A stretch of DNA of 33,972 nucleotides from Patescibacteria group bacterium (GCA_018826255.1 JAHJZO010000042.1:1-33972), one strand, 5' to 3'; shown: positions 20,318-29,955, numbered from the stretch's first letter. Numbers and translations are program-made. The notes: a model not told the origin generated them from the sequence alone.

Positions 20318-22338
20318 TATCTTATTTCGGCATTTAATTCTTTAATCAGCGCATTTTTAATTTTTTCCTCTTCGTGACGGACTTCTTCATTAATTAGCGT
20401 GCGCTCGGCTTGATAGATAATATGGAAAGCCAGATTTTTCCTGCCTTCGGGAAGTTCTTCCCCCTCGTAATAATCAAATAAATCGACACCTTTAACCAAT
20501 TCGGCGCCAGCGCCGTGAATCACATTCAGGACATCGTCTACTTTTGTCTCTCTGCCAACCAAAATAGAAATGTCTCTGATAACCGCCGGAAATTTTGAAA
20601 TCGGAGAAAATTCCCTTTCCTCTTCCACGATTTCAATTAGTTTTTCAAAGTCCAAGTGAAACATCGCGACTCGGCCGGGAATATCCAAAACTGCGAGCGT
20701 GGCCGGATTGACTTCACCGATAATTCCCAAAAAATTTTCACCGTATTTTATATGGGCAAATCGGCCGGGATGCCACCACTTGCTAACCGCCGAGTTATAT
20801 TGGCAATCCGTAATACCCAGATTTTCAAACAAAACATCAAGATCGCCTTTCAGTTCAAAAAATCTTCTGCCGGCTACATTTTCCTTGCTCTCTTTTACGG
20901 CGTAAATTCCGGCCAAACTAAGCCGTTCGGAAGCGGAAGCGGAAAAAACTTTTCCTGATTCAAAAAATTTCACCTTTTCGAAAAAACGAAAATTATTTTT
21001 TATATTTTTCAAAAGACCGAAAGTCAATTCCGGCCGCAGAAATTTAAAATCTTCGCTCGCTGGATTTTGAATTTCTATCAACTTACTTTTGTAATCTTCA
21101 CTGATATCCTTATCACCGACAAAAGAATAATTATAAACTTCGCTGAAACCGACGCCGGTTAAAATATCTCTGGTTTTATTGATTAAAAAATTAACATCAT
21201 TTTTTTTCGGAATAGTTATGGCGGCCACCGGCATTTGGCCTTTGAGATTCATACAGCCGTAAATTCGAAAGACCTCTTCAATCAAGTCCTCTTCTATTTC
21301 CAAATCAAGCCGCGCCGTCGGAACGGTGACAAAAAATAGTTTTTTACCTACGATTTTAATTTTGGCTCCCAGCGATTCCAGAGTTATTTTGACGAATTCC
21401 GGCTTAATATTTTCGCCGACTAATTTGTTTAAATAATCCAGATTCAGTTTTATTGTTCTGAGTAAAAATTTCTTCGGATAAATATCAATTTTGCCGCTCG
21501 CAATTTTAACGCCGGGAATAATTTCTTGAATCAAAGCGCAAACCCTGTTCATGCCAAATTCGGTCAAATTCGGGTCAATGCCGTAAGAAAAGCGGATGGC
21601 GGCATCAGTGTTCAACCCCAAAGTCCGGCTGGTTCGCTTGATGGCGCCCGATTCAAAATTAGCCGATTCAATAACGATTGTTCTTGTTTTTTCAGATATG
21701 CCAGTTTCCAGCCCGCCTTTGATTCCGGCAATAGCGGCGGGTTTTTTGCTGTCGGCGATTACCAAAACATCTTCATCCAAATCATAACGGCCGCCGTCAA
21801 GTGTATTGATTTTTTCGCCTTTTCGCGCAGTTCTTACGATAATTTTTTTGCCGTCTAACTTGTCATAATCAAAAGCGTGCAGCGGCTGGCCGATTTCAAG
21901 CATTACATAATTCAAAATATCCACGATATTGTTGTGAGAATTTATATTGAATTCGGCAAGCGCGTTTTTTAGCCATTTTGGAGAATGCCCGATTTTAACA
22001 TCAGTCAGGACTTTGGCGATATAGCGCGGACACAAATTTTTTTCAGTAACGCTTACTGAAATAAAATCGCCGGATTTAATTTTTGAATCTTCCCGAAATT
22101 TGGTTTTTAATTTTTTCAGCGGCTTTTTGGTCAACGTGGCAATTTCTTTCACTAGACCGTAATGCGACAGCGCGTCATGGGAACGATTGGGCAAAATATC
22201 AACATCCAAAATAGAATCGTTGTCGGTTTTTCTGAAGACCGCACATTCGAAAGAATGCATAGTCAGCAACTCCGCCAGTTTTTCAGGCGTTAATTTTATA
22301 TCAATATATTTTTTTAAAAAGTTATAAGAAAATTTCAT
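20317..22338 (-). CDS. pheT: Phenylalanine--tRNA ligase beta subunit (short form lacking the B2 OB domain)
   Basis: PNR.DALSH.G, GQPLHAFD, R.DL..EEDLIEEV.RIYG, C-terminal SKFPAVIRDIS (FDX-ACB); follows pheS. Confidence 0.95.
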   Translation of the reverse strand: MKFSYNFLKKYIDIKLTPEKLAELLTMHSFECAVFRKTDNDSILDVDILPNRSHDALSHYGLVKEIATLTKKPLKKLKTKFREDSKIKSGDFISVSVTEKNLCPRYIAKVLTDVKIGHSPKWLKNALAEFNINSHNNIVDILNYVMLEIGQPLHAFDYDKLDGKKIIVRTARKGEKINTLDGGRYDLDEDVLVIADSKKPAAIAGIKGGLETGISEKTRTIVIESANFESGAIKRTSRTLGLNTDAAIRFSYGIDPNLTEFGMNRVCALIQEIIPGVKIASGKIDIYPKKFLLRTIKLNLDYLNKLVGENIKPEFVKITLESLGAKIKIVGKKLFFVTVPTARLDLEIEEDLIEEVFRIYGCMNLKGQMPVAAITIPKKNDVNFLINKTRDILTGVGFSEVYNYSFVGDKDISEDYKSKLIEIQNPASEDFKFLRPELTFGLLKNIKNNFRFFEKVKFFESGKVFSASASERLSLAGIYAVKESKENVAGRRFFELKGDLDVLFENLGITDCQYNSAVSKWWHPGRFAHIKYGENFLGIIGEVNPATLAVLDIPGRVAMFHLDFEKLIEIVEEEREFSPISKFPAVIRDISILVGRETKVDDVLNVIHGAGAELVKGVDLFDYYEGEELPEGRKNLAFHIIYQAERTLINEEVRHEEEKIKNALIKELNAEIR

Positions 22339-22342
22339 GCTA

Positions 22343-23380
22343 TCAAAATTGTTTTAAGAATCTAAAGTCGCTTGAATAAAAAAGCCGGATATCGCTTATG
22401 CCGTAATAAATCATGGATAAGCGGTCTAAGCCAACGCCGAAAGCGAATCCTTGCTGTTTGCCCGGAATATAGCCCGCCGCCTTAAAAACTTTGGGATGAA
22501 CCATGCCGGCTCCGGCCACTTCAAGCCATTTGGAACCGGTCTCCAGCTTAATATCCACTTCAATGCCCGGTTCAACAAAGGGAAAATATCCCGGCCTAAA
22601 TCTGATTTCAACCTTCTTTTTATTAAAAAATCTTTTAAAAAATTCTTCAAAAATGGCTTTCAGATTGGCCAGAGAAATATCTTCGCCGACCATAAGCCCT
22701 TCAATCTGATGGAATTGAATTTCATGGGAAGCGTCGGTGGCTTCATGGCGATAAACGCGGCCGGGGACGATAATCCGCAATGGAGGATTATTTTTTTCCA
22801 TATAACGCGCCTGCATCGGACTGGTGTGGGTTCTTAACAACAAATGTTGTTTCGGATTTTGGATTTCAGATTTCGGATTTTTAATCCAGAATGTGTCCTG
22901 CATCTCTCGCGCCGGATGGTCTTTGGAGATATTCAAAGCGTCAAAATTATAATATTCGCTTTCAATTTCCGAACCGAAAACAACCGAAAAACCCATTGAT
23001 TGGAAAATGTCCTCAATGCGGCGTTCGACTTTTGTCAAAGGATGAAGATGCCCCAGCGAAACACTCCTGCCGGGCATGGTAACATCAATTCCCTCTTTCT
23101 TAAGTTTTTCTTCAACAAATTTGTCTTTCAATTCTACCGATTTTTTGTTGATTAAATTTTCTAAGTCATTCCTTACGGAATTGAGACGGCGGCCGTTATG
23201 GGCTTTCAACTCTTCGGGAATGCCCGGGAGTTCTTTAATAAGGTCATTTAACTCGCCTTTGCGGCCGAGATATTTGACCCTTATCTCGTCAAGACGCACT
23301 AAATCAAGCGCTCGGCTCACCGCTTCTTTCACTTTTTTTTCCAAGATATTTATTTTTTCATCAAAATTTTCAACTGCCAT
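22343..23380 (-). CDS. pheS: Phenylalanine--tRNA ligase alpha subunit
   Basis: HPAREMQDTF, LRTHTSP.Q, FHQIEGL, FRPGYFPFVEP, GAGMVHP, GFAFG.G.DR; start ATG 23380. Confidence 0.98.
   Translation of the reverse strand: MAVENFDEKINILEKKVKEAVSRALDLVRLDEIRVKYLGRKGELNDLIKELPGIPEELKAHNGRRLNSVRNDLENLINKKSVELKDKFVEEKLKKEGIDVTMPGRSVSLGHLHPLTKVERRIEDIFQSMGFSVVFGSEIESEYYNFDALNISKDHPAREMQDTFWIKNPKSEIQNPKQHLLLRTHTSPMQARYMEKNNPPLRIIVPGRVYRHEATDASHEIQFHQIEGLMVGEDISLANLKAIFEEFFKRFFNKKKVEIRFRPGYFPFVEPGIEVDIKLETGSKWLEVAGAGMVHPKVFKAAGYIPGKQQGFAFGVGLDRLSMIYYGISDIRLFYSSDFRFLKQF
22853..22880 (-). repeat. Four tandem heptamers inside pheS
   Basis: Minus strand AAATCCG AAATCTG AAATCCA AAATCCG, read as NPKSEIQNPK. 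Confidence 0.8.
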
Positions 23381-23556
23381 ATTAAGAGTCCGAAACAAAC
23401 CAATCCTATTACCAAACTTACGCATAAAACAACGGCGCCGAACACGCCGGCATTTTGGGGGTTAGTCAGTAAAATAACGCTAAAAAAAGACGCCCAAGCC
23501 AAGATATTCGCGAAAATTAGGGCTATTAAATGCGCTTTTCCACCATCCCAAAACAT
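23350..23556 (-). CDS. Small two-TM hypothetical protein, first gene of the pheST operon
   Basis: Two hydrophobic helices around NP; consensus promoter directly upstream; overlaps the pheS start. Confidence 0.65.
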   Translation of the reverse strand: MFWDGGKAHLIALIFANILAWASFFSVILLTNPQNAGVFGAVVLCVSLVIGLVCFGLLIWQLKILMKK

Positions 23557-23562
23557 GCTTGA

Positions 23563-23591
23563 ATTATATCAAATTTGCGCATCAAAAGCAA
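23563..23591 (-). promoter_or_regulatory. sigma70 promoter (leaderless geometry)
   Basis: TTGCTT-17 bp-TATAAT with TGn, 6 nt before ATG 23556. Confidence 0.7.
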
Positions 23592-23637
23592 TAAGTGTTG
23601 CGGGGGTTGGATTTGAACCAACGACCTCAAGGTTATG

Positions 23638-24300
23638 CTTACTCTCTACAGCTTCCGCTGCTCCGCCATAATGGCGAATTTGGAGTCTGGACTTTCTCTT
23701 CGCCCCCTATAAATATAGGTTGGGCGCCTGCCGTTAAGTCTCTACACCTTTCCATCCTTTTGATATCAGGAGGACTTGGCTCGGGATTGCCCATTTTGGG
23801 TTTCCCCGAATTTGACAGGTTATCACGCGCGAATTTCTTCGCGCGCAGCCCATTGCAAAATTAAATCCCAAGCGTCGCGATAATCTGCCGAGAGAGGTTT
23901 TCTTTGACGCTTCTTTTCCTCAACAAAATGGATAACACTGCCGTAGGCGATAAACGCCTCAATGGGTAAAACATAAAATATGTTTGGCCCATTTAGATAA
24001 ATTACGGCAAAGTCAAAATCGGATTTTTTGTATGGTTCGCGCAACATAAGGCGTCTATTTGTCTTAGTTCTGCGATTATCTACAACAAAATTTCCTGACT
24101 TTTTATCCAACCATGCTGATTTGATTTGGATTTTTACCAGCTTGCCCCTTACATCCAAAACTAAATCATATGGAAGCCGATCGCCTAAAGGTTTTAGTAC
24201 TGCCCAGCCGTGTTCTAAAGTCCTCATAATCACGGCCTGTTCAGCTATGTCTCCTTTAAGTTTTGTATCCATTATTCAGGATTTTAATTTTGCGGAATCG
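23638..24300 (-). mobile_element. Group I self-splicing intron (663 nt) between U33 and C34 of tRNA-fMet
   Basis: 5' exon ends in U and the intron ends in G. IGS AUG-GGCU (23853-23847), P2 GCGCGAA-GAAA-UUCGCGC, P3 CCUGUC/GGCAGG, P4 UUCGGG/CCCGAG, P5 CCCA/UGGG, R element GUAGAGACU, S element AAGAGAAAGUCC, P8 CGCCC/GGGCG, P9 hairpins. Confidence 0.95.
23823..24272 (-). CDS. Group I intron-encoded PD-(D/E)XK homing endonuclease, I-Ssp6803I-like
   Basis: 149 aa: TKLKGDIAEQ, PLGDRLPYDLV.D, KIQIKS, VDNRRTKTNRR, Y...DFDF, KRQRKP. This matches my recollection of the Synechocystis tRNA-fMet intron endonuclease in length, motifs and location. Confidence 0.92.
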   Translation of the reverse strand: MDTKLKGDIAEQAVIMRTLEHGWAVLKPLGDRLPYDLVLDVRGKLVKIQIKSAWLDKKSGNFVVDNRRTKTNRRLMLREPYKKSDFDFAVIYLNGPNIFYVLPIEAFIAYGSVIHFVEEKKRQRKPLSADYRDAWDLILQWAAREEIRA

Positions 24301-24334
24301 AGCCTTGCGAGCTACCAGGCTGCTCTACCCCGCA

Positions 24335-24369
24335 TTGAAATTATAGAATAATTCTGATAATATGGTCAA
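24335..24369. promoter_or_regulatory. Overlapping divergent sigma70 promoters for the tRNA genes
   Basis: Plus: TTGAAA(24335)-17-TAATAT(24358) with TGn. Minus: TTGACC(24369)-18-TATAAT(24345). Confidence 0.65.
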
Positions 24370-24375
24370 ATATTG

Positions 24376-24450
24376 GCCAGCGTAGCTCAGTGGTAGAGCA
24401 CCGCCCTCATAAAGCGGTCGTCACAGGTTCAATTCCTGTCGCTGGCACCA
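24376..24450 (+). tRNA. tRNA-Met(CAT), probably elongator (Ile2 not excluded)
   Basis: GCCAGCG/CGCTGGC acceptor stem, GCTC/GAGC D stem, CT-CAT-AA loop, ACAGG-TTCAATT-CCTGT T arm, encoded ACCA. Confidence 0.9.
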
Positions 24451-24463
24451 AAAATCAATATAT

Positions 24464-24539
24464 GCGGTGGTAGCTTAGCCCGGTTTAAAGCGCCTCCCTG
24501 TCACGGAGGAGATCGTGGGTTCGAATCCCATCCACCGCG
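24464..24539 (+). tRNA. tRNA-Asp(GTC)
   Basis: GCGGTGG/CCACCGC acceptor, CCTCC-CT-GTC-AC-GGAGG anticodon arm, TTCGAAT T loop, G73. Confidence 0.95.
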
Positions 24540-24622
24540 CATTTGACAAGACAATATTAAAGTGCCATTATTTAGGCATTGTTCTTCTCAAAAAAATGAC
24601 GAAGGAGGATCTGATATGAGAT

Positions 24623-24643
24623 GCCAAGCAATGGCTTTTTTTT
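24623..24643 (+). terminator. Possible intrinsic terminator downstream of the tRNA pair
   Basis: GCCA-AGCAA-TGGC followed by T8; the stem is short. Confidence 0.45.
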
Positions 24644-25175
24644 AATCAATAAACTTTAGTTCTTTGAGAGCTTTTTCGTAGACGCGGACGCCGAATTCTA
24701 TTTCGCTTCTGGCAATTGGATATTCCGAACTATGCACCAGCTGATTTCTCAATTTATGCGCCTGCCAAATTTCTTCTATATTGGAAACCTGGGCGGAGTT
24801 CAAATATTTCAACCTGTCGGCCATTGACTCTCCCGGAAGCCCCATTAGTTTTAATAAACCGTCAAAAATATTATCGGCTTCTATCAACGCCAGCCGTAAA
24901 TTGGCTTCATCGCTTTGTTTTAAGCGCGAAAGAATCTTTTGCCACGAAGCGTTCAAATTCTTTTTTGGAGTTTTACCACCTTTCAAAAAATTGCTTGTTG
25001 CTTTGGAAAATTTGTTTAATACGCCAATTTTGTTTATTAAAATTATAACCAAAAAACCAAAAAACAGTGTCAAAAAAATACCTAGCGACCTAAGATAAGC
25101 GGTCCACTCCGAAGCGCCAAAATTAATAACGCTTAAACGGAGATTACTTGTTATGTCGGCTATTAAATCAATCAT
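24642..25175 (-). CDS. Conserved-looking hypothetical membrane protein
   Basis: One TM, then W..I..RL...LALIEAD..FD..L...G.PGESMADRLK...WQAHKLRNQLVH (an RNxxxH motif, HEPN-like by inference). Confidence 0.75.
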   Translation of the reverse strand: MIDLIADITSNLRLSVINFGASEWTAYLRSLGIFLTLFFGFLVIILINKIGVLNKFSKATSNFLKGGKTPKKNLNASWQKILSRLKQSDEANLRLALIEADNIFDGLLKLMGLPGESMADRLKYLNSAQVSNIEEIWQAHKLRNQLVHSSEYPIARSEIEFGVRVYEKALKELKFID

Positions 25176-25182
25176 ATAAAGT

Positions 25183-26625
25183 TTATTTACTCATATCTTC
25201 AACTATTTTGGCAATTTTTAGTAATTTAATATCTTCAAAATTATTGCCGATAATCTGGAGTCCGGCCGGCAGTCCATTTACTTCTTTTATAGGAATGGAA
25301 ATCGCGGGAACCCCCGCCAAATTAATTGAAACCGTGTAAATATCCGCCAGATACATTGATAGCGGATCGTGAGTTTTTTCTCCAAACTTAAAGGCAGTTG
25401 TCGGAGAAGTGGGGGTTATAATCGCGTCAACTTCTTTAAAGGCGTGGGTAAAATCTTGTTTTATAAGCCGTCTGACTTTTTGGGCTTTTGCATAATACGC
25501 ATCGTAATATCCGGCCGAAAGAACATAAGTGCCAAGCATTATTCTCCGCCTCGCTTCTGCGCCAAACCCCTCTCCCCTGCTTTCAAGATAAATATTAAGC
25601 AAGTTTTGCAGTTTCTCATTTTTATTTATTTTGGAGCGTCCGTATTTGATACCATCAAACCTTGCAAGATTAGCCGATACTTCGGCGGGCATAATAATAT
25701 AATAAGCTGCCAATGCCCACTCGCTGTAAGGCAAAGAAATTTCTTCTATTTGCGCGCCTTCTTTTTCCAGTTTTGATATTACCGATTTTATGTTTTTTTC
25801 TATTTCCGGGTCCAGACCATGGGTAAAATATTCTCGAGGAACGCCAAATTTTATTTCTTCTATATCCACCGGTTTATCGGAATAACTTTGCCATTCTCTG
25901 TCGGCGCTTGTTGAGTCCAATGTATCAACGCCGCGAATAATTTCAAAAACCGTAGCGGCATCGTCTACGCATTTGGTAATCGGTCCGATTTGGTCTAAGG
26001 ATGAGGCCATGGCCATCAATCCATGGCGGGAAACGGCGCCGTAAGAAGGCTTAAAGCCGACAACGCCGCAAAAACCAGCTGGCTGGCGGATCGAACCGCC
26101 CGTATCAGAACCCAGCGCGTAAACGGAAAATCCGGCCTTAACTGCGGCGGCAGAGCCGCCGGAAGAGCCACCGGGTACTCTGTCCAGAGCAGCCGGATTT
26201 TTTGTCGGGCCAAAAGCGGAATTCTCGGTTGAGCTGCCCATAGCGAATTCATCCATATTTGTTTTGCCGACAAATACGGCTTCCTCTTCTTTGAGTTTTT
26301 TAATTACCGTTGCATCGTAAGGCGCTGTATAATTTTCAAGAATTTTTGAAGCGGCTGTAGCTTTAATGTCACGAATCAAAATATTATCTTTAATTGCTAC
26401 CGGAATTCCGGCCAACATTTCAATCGGCTCGCCTTTGGAAATTCTGGCATCAACTTTTTTTGCCGATTCAATCGCCTCTTCTTCGGCCAACGATAAAAAT
26501 GCATGAATATCGCCGTCATTTTTTTTAATCTCGTCAAAATGCGCTCGGGTCAATTCACTAGAAGTTACCTCCCTTTTTTCAAGAAGCTCATGAGCTTGTT
26601 TAATTGTCAGTTCTTTTAAGTTCAT
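25183..26625 (-). CDS. gatA: Asp/Glu-tRNA amidotransferase subunit A
   Basis: Amidase signature GKTNMDEFAMGSS, PGGSSGGSAAAV, GSDTGGSIRQPA; RRRIMLGTYVLSAGYYDAYY. Confidence 0.98.
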   Translation of the reverse strand: MNLKELTIKQAHELLEKREVTSSELTRAHFDEIKKNDGDIHAFLSLAEEEAIESAKKVDARISKGEPIEMLAGIPVAIKDNILIRDIKATAASKILENYTAPYDATVIKKLKEEEAVFVGKTNMDEFAMGSSTENSAFGPTKNPAALDRVPGGSSGGSAAAVKAGFSVYALGSDTGGSIRQPAGFCGVVGFKPSYGAVSRHGLMAMASSLDQIGPITKCVDDAATVFEIIRGVDTLDSTSADREWQSYSDKPVDIEEIKFGVPREYFTHGLDPEIEKNIKSVISKLEKEGAQIEEISLPYSEWALAAYYIIMPAEVSANLARFDGIKYGRSKINKNEKLQNLLNIYLESRGEGFGAEARRRIMLGTYVLSAGYYDAYYAKAQKVRRLIKQDFTHAFKEVDAIITPTSPTTAFKFGEKTHDPLSMYLADIYTVSINLAGVPAISIPIKEVNGLPAGLQIIGNNFEDIKLLKIAKIVEDMSK

Positions 26626-26917
26626 TCCAAAATTGATGGGACCTTAAAATAATCTTCTTCACGATTCGGAGCGGCATCTAAAATTTGTTTTCGCATTTCA
26701 GGGTCAGAAATAACTTTTGTTTCATCATCTTGTCTGGTAACGCTCTCCAAATCCGTGCCTCCGGTCATCGGCTCAACTTTTTCAACATTAACTTCCGATA
26801 ATTTTTGAATATAGCCAATAATCAAAGATAAATCTTCGGCAAATTTTTCTTTTTCTTTTTCTTCCAGTTTCAATCTGGCCAGTTCGGCAATTTTTTCAAC
26901 CTCTTTTTTTGTAAGCA

Positions 26918-26918
<1 letters not shown>
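26622..26918 (-). CDS. gatC: Asp/Glu-tRNA amidotransferase subunit C
   Basis: EV.KIA.LARL, C-terminal AP.....YFKVP; upstream of gatA. Confidence 0.95.
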
Positions 26919-29076
<2,158 letters not shown>

Positions 29077-29083
29077 TCAAATT

Positions 29084-29127
29084 TCCCCATTTCTGACTAC
29101 TTATATCCCCATCTCTGATTACTTATT
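29084..29127. repeat. 2 x 22-bp tandem direct repeat upstream of ligA
   Basis: TCCCCATTTCTGACTACTTATA / TCCCCATCTCTGATTACTTATT (19/22 identical). Confidence 0.8.
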
Positions 29128-29162
29128 TCTTCACGCCTAATTTTGATTATCTGTCCAACCAG

Positions 29163-29200
29163 TTGTATCACAAGATGCCTCGAGGTTAGTTATGATACAA
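29163..29200. repeat. Palindromic repeat copy 1, downstream of the PaaX/Cas2-like gene
   Basis: TTGTATCACAA-gatg-CCTCGAGG-ttag-TTATGATACAA. Confidence 0.85.
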
Positions 29201-29244
29201 GAATAAGATATTTAAAATAAAAGCTTATGAGAGTTCAAGAAACC

Positions 29245-29811
29245 TTATAAAAGTTTAAGATTGAAAATTTTATACAAATCCCCCTCCCTCTTATCTACGG
29301 ACTCAACAATACAATAATTAACAAATCGATTAATTGATAAAAATTCACAGATAAAATCTATTTCATCGCGACAATCATGCGGATAAATAAAGACACTTTC
29401 TTGCAACGCGTAAAAACCAATGTCTTTTAATTTTTTAGAAATGGCTCGTCTTTCTTTTCTCTTTTTGTCGGGGATATCAAAAATTACTAGCCGCCATTTT
29501 TTATCCCAAGCTTTGGGTTTTATCAATTCCATATTATCGTAATCAAAATTTTTTATTACTTTTTTTCCATTGCTGGTAATTTTTATATAAAGCTTGTCAT
29601 TTTTCTCCACTAATTCAACTAATCTTTTTTGATTCAATCGCCTTATGGCATTGTAAATAAGACGGCGATCTATTTTGTTCCAATTCTTGCGCCATTTGAT
29701 TAACGGTTTTAACATTTGAGCCGCATTCGGTAAAAATAATGAAGACAATACAACTGGACCGGCGGCAGCTATAAATAAAATTTCTCTGGTCAATGATTTG
29801 CCTCGTAACAT
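29245..29811 (-). CDS. PaaX-family-like regulator (winged helix plus Cas2-like ferredoxin domain)
   Basis: wHTH-like YNAIRRL.QKRLV...IKIT.NG, then WDKKWRLVIFDIP..KR.ER....KL...GF..LQESVF.YP. Confidence 0.85.
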   Translation of the reverse strand: MLRGKSLTREILFIAAAGPVVLSSLFLPNAAQMLKPLIKWRKNWNKIDRRLIYNAIRRLNQKRLVELVEKNDKLYIKITSNGKKVIKNFDYDNMELIKPKAWDKKWRLVIFDIPDKKRKERRAISKKLKDIGFYALQESVFIYPHDCRDEIDFICEFLSINRFVNYCIVESVDKREGDLYKIFNLKLL

Positions 29812-29855
29812 AATTTCAGAATCTTGTAGTTTATTTTTTAATAATTTTTCTTTAA

Positions 29856-29884
29856 TTATAATACATACTTTTTGTAATCACAAG
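29856..29884 (-). promoter_or_regulatory. sigma70 promoter of the PaaX-like gene, with -35 inside repeat copy 2
   Basis: Minus strand TTGTGA-17 bp-TATAAT. Confidence 0.65.
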
Positions 29885-29910
29885 CGACCTCGAGGTTAAT
29901 TGTGATACTA
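29872..29910. repeat. Palindromic repeat copy 2, upstream of the PaaX/Cas2-like gene
   Basis: TTGTA-ATCACAA-gcg-ACCTCGAGGT-taa-TTGTGAT-ACTA; same orientation as copy 1. Confidence 0.85.
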
Positions 29911-29924
29911 GAAAATATTGAATA

Positions 29925-29955
29925 TAAAAATGCCTCTTCCGAAGAAGAGGCATTT
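29925..29955 (-). terminator. Strong intrinsic terminator
   Basis: Minus strand AAATGCCTCTTC-TTCG-GAAGAGGCATTT then TTA: 12-bp stem with a C(UUCG)G loop. Confidence 0.85.

Larger units (their letters stand above)
23598..24334 (-). tRNA. Initiator tRNA-fMet(CAT), intron-split: 5' exon 24334..24301, 3' exon 23637..23598
   Basis: Joined exons give TGCGGGGTAGAGCAGCCTGGTAGCTCGCAAGGCT|CATAACCTTGAGGTCGTTGGTTCAAATCCAACCCCCGCAA: full cloverleaf, A11-U24 pair, TTCAAAT T-loop and GCGGGG acceptor stem as in bacterial initiator tRNAs. CCA not encoded. Confidence 0.95.

Noticed and set aside
23595-23864. 89-aa plus-strand ORF
   Set aside because: Antisense to the tRNA 3' exon and intron core; no protein features.
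29163-29200. dif/XerCD site
   Set aside because: One arm (TTATGATACAA) loosely resembles a XerD arm, but the arms are 16 bp apart rather than 6.
29163-29910. CRISPR array or CRISPR-Cas locus
   Set aside because: Only two repeats, separated by ~670 bp containing a gene; no spacer-sized units and no cas1 or effector in the window. The Cas2-like fold here is the PaaX-type domain.
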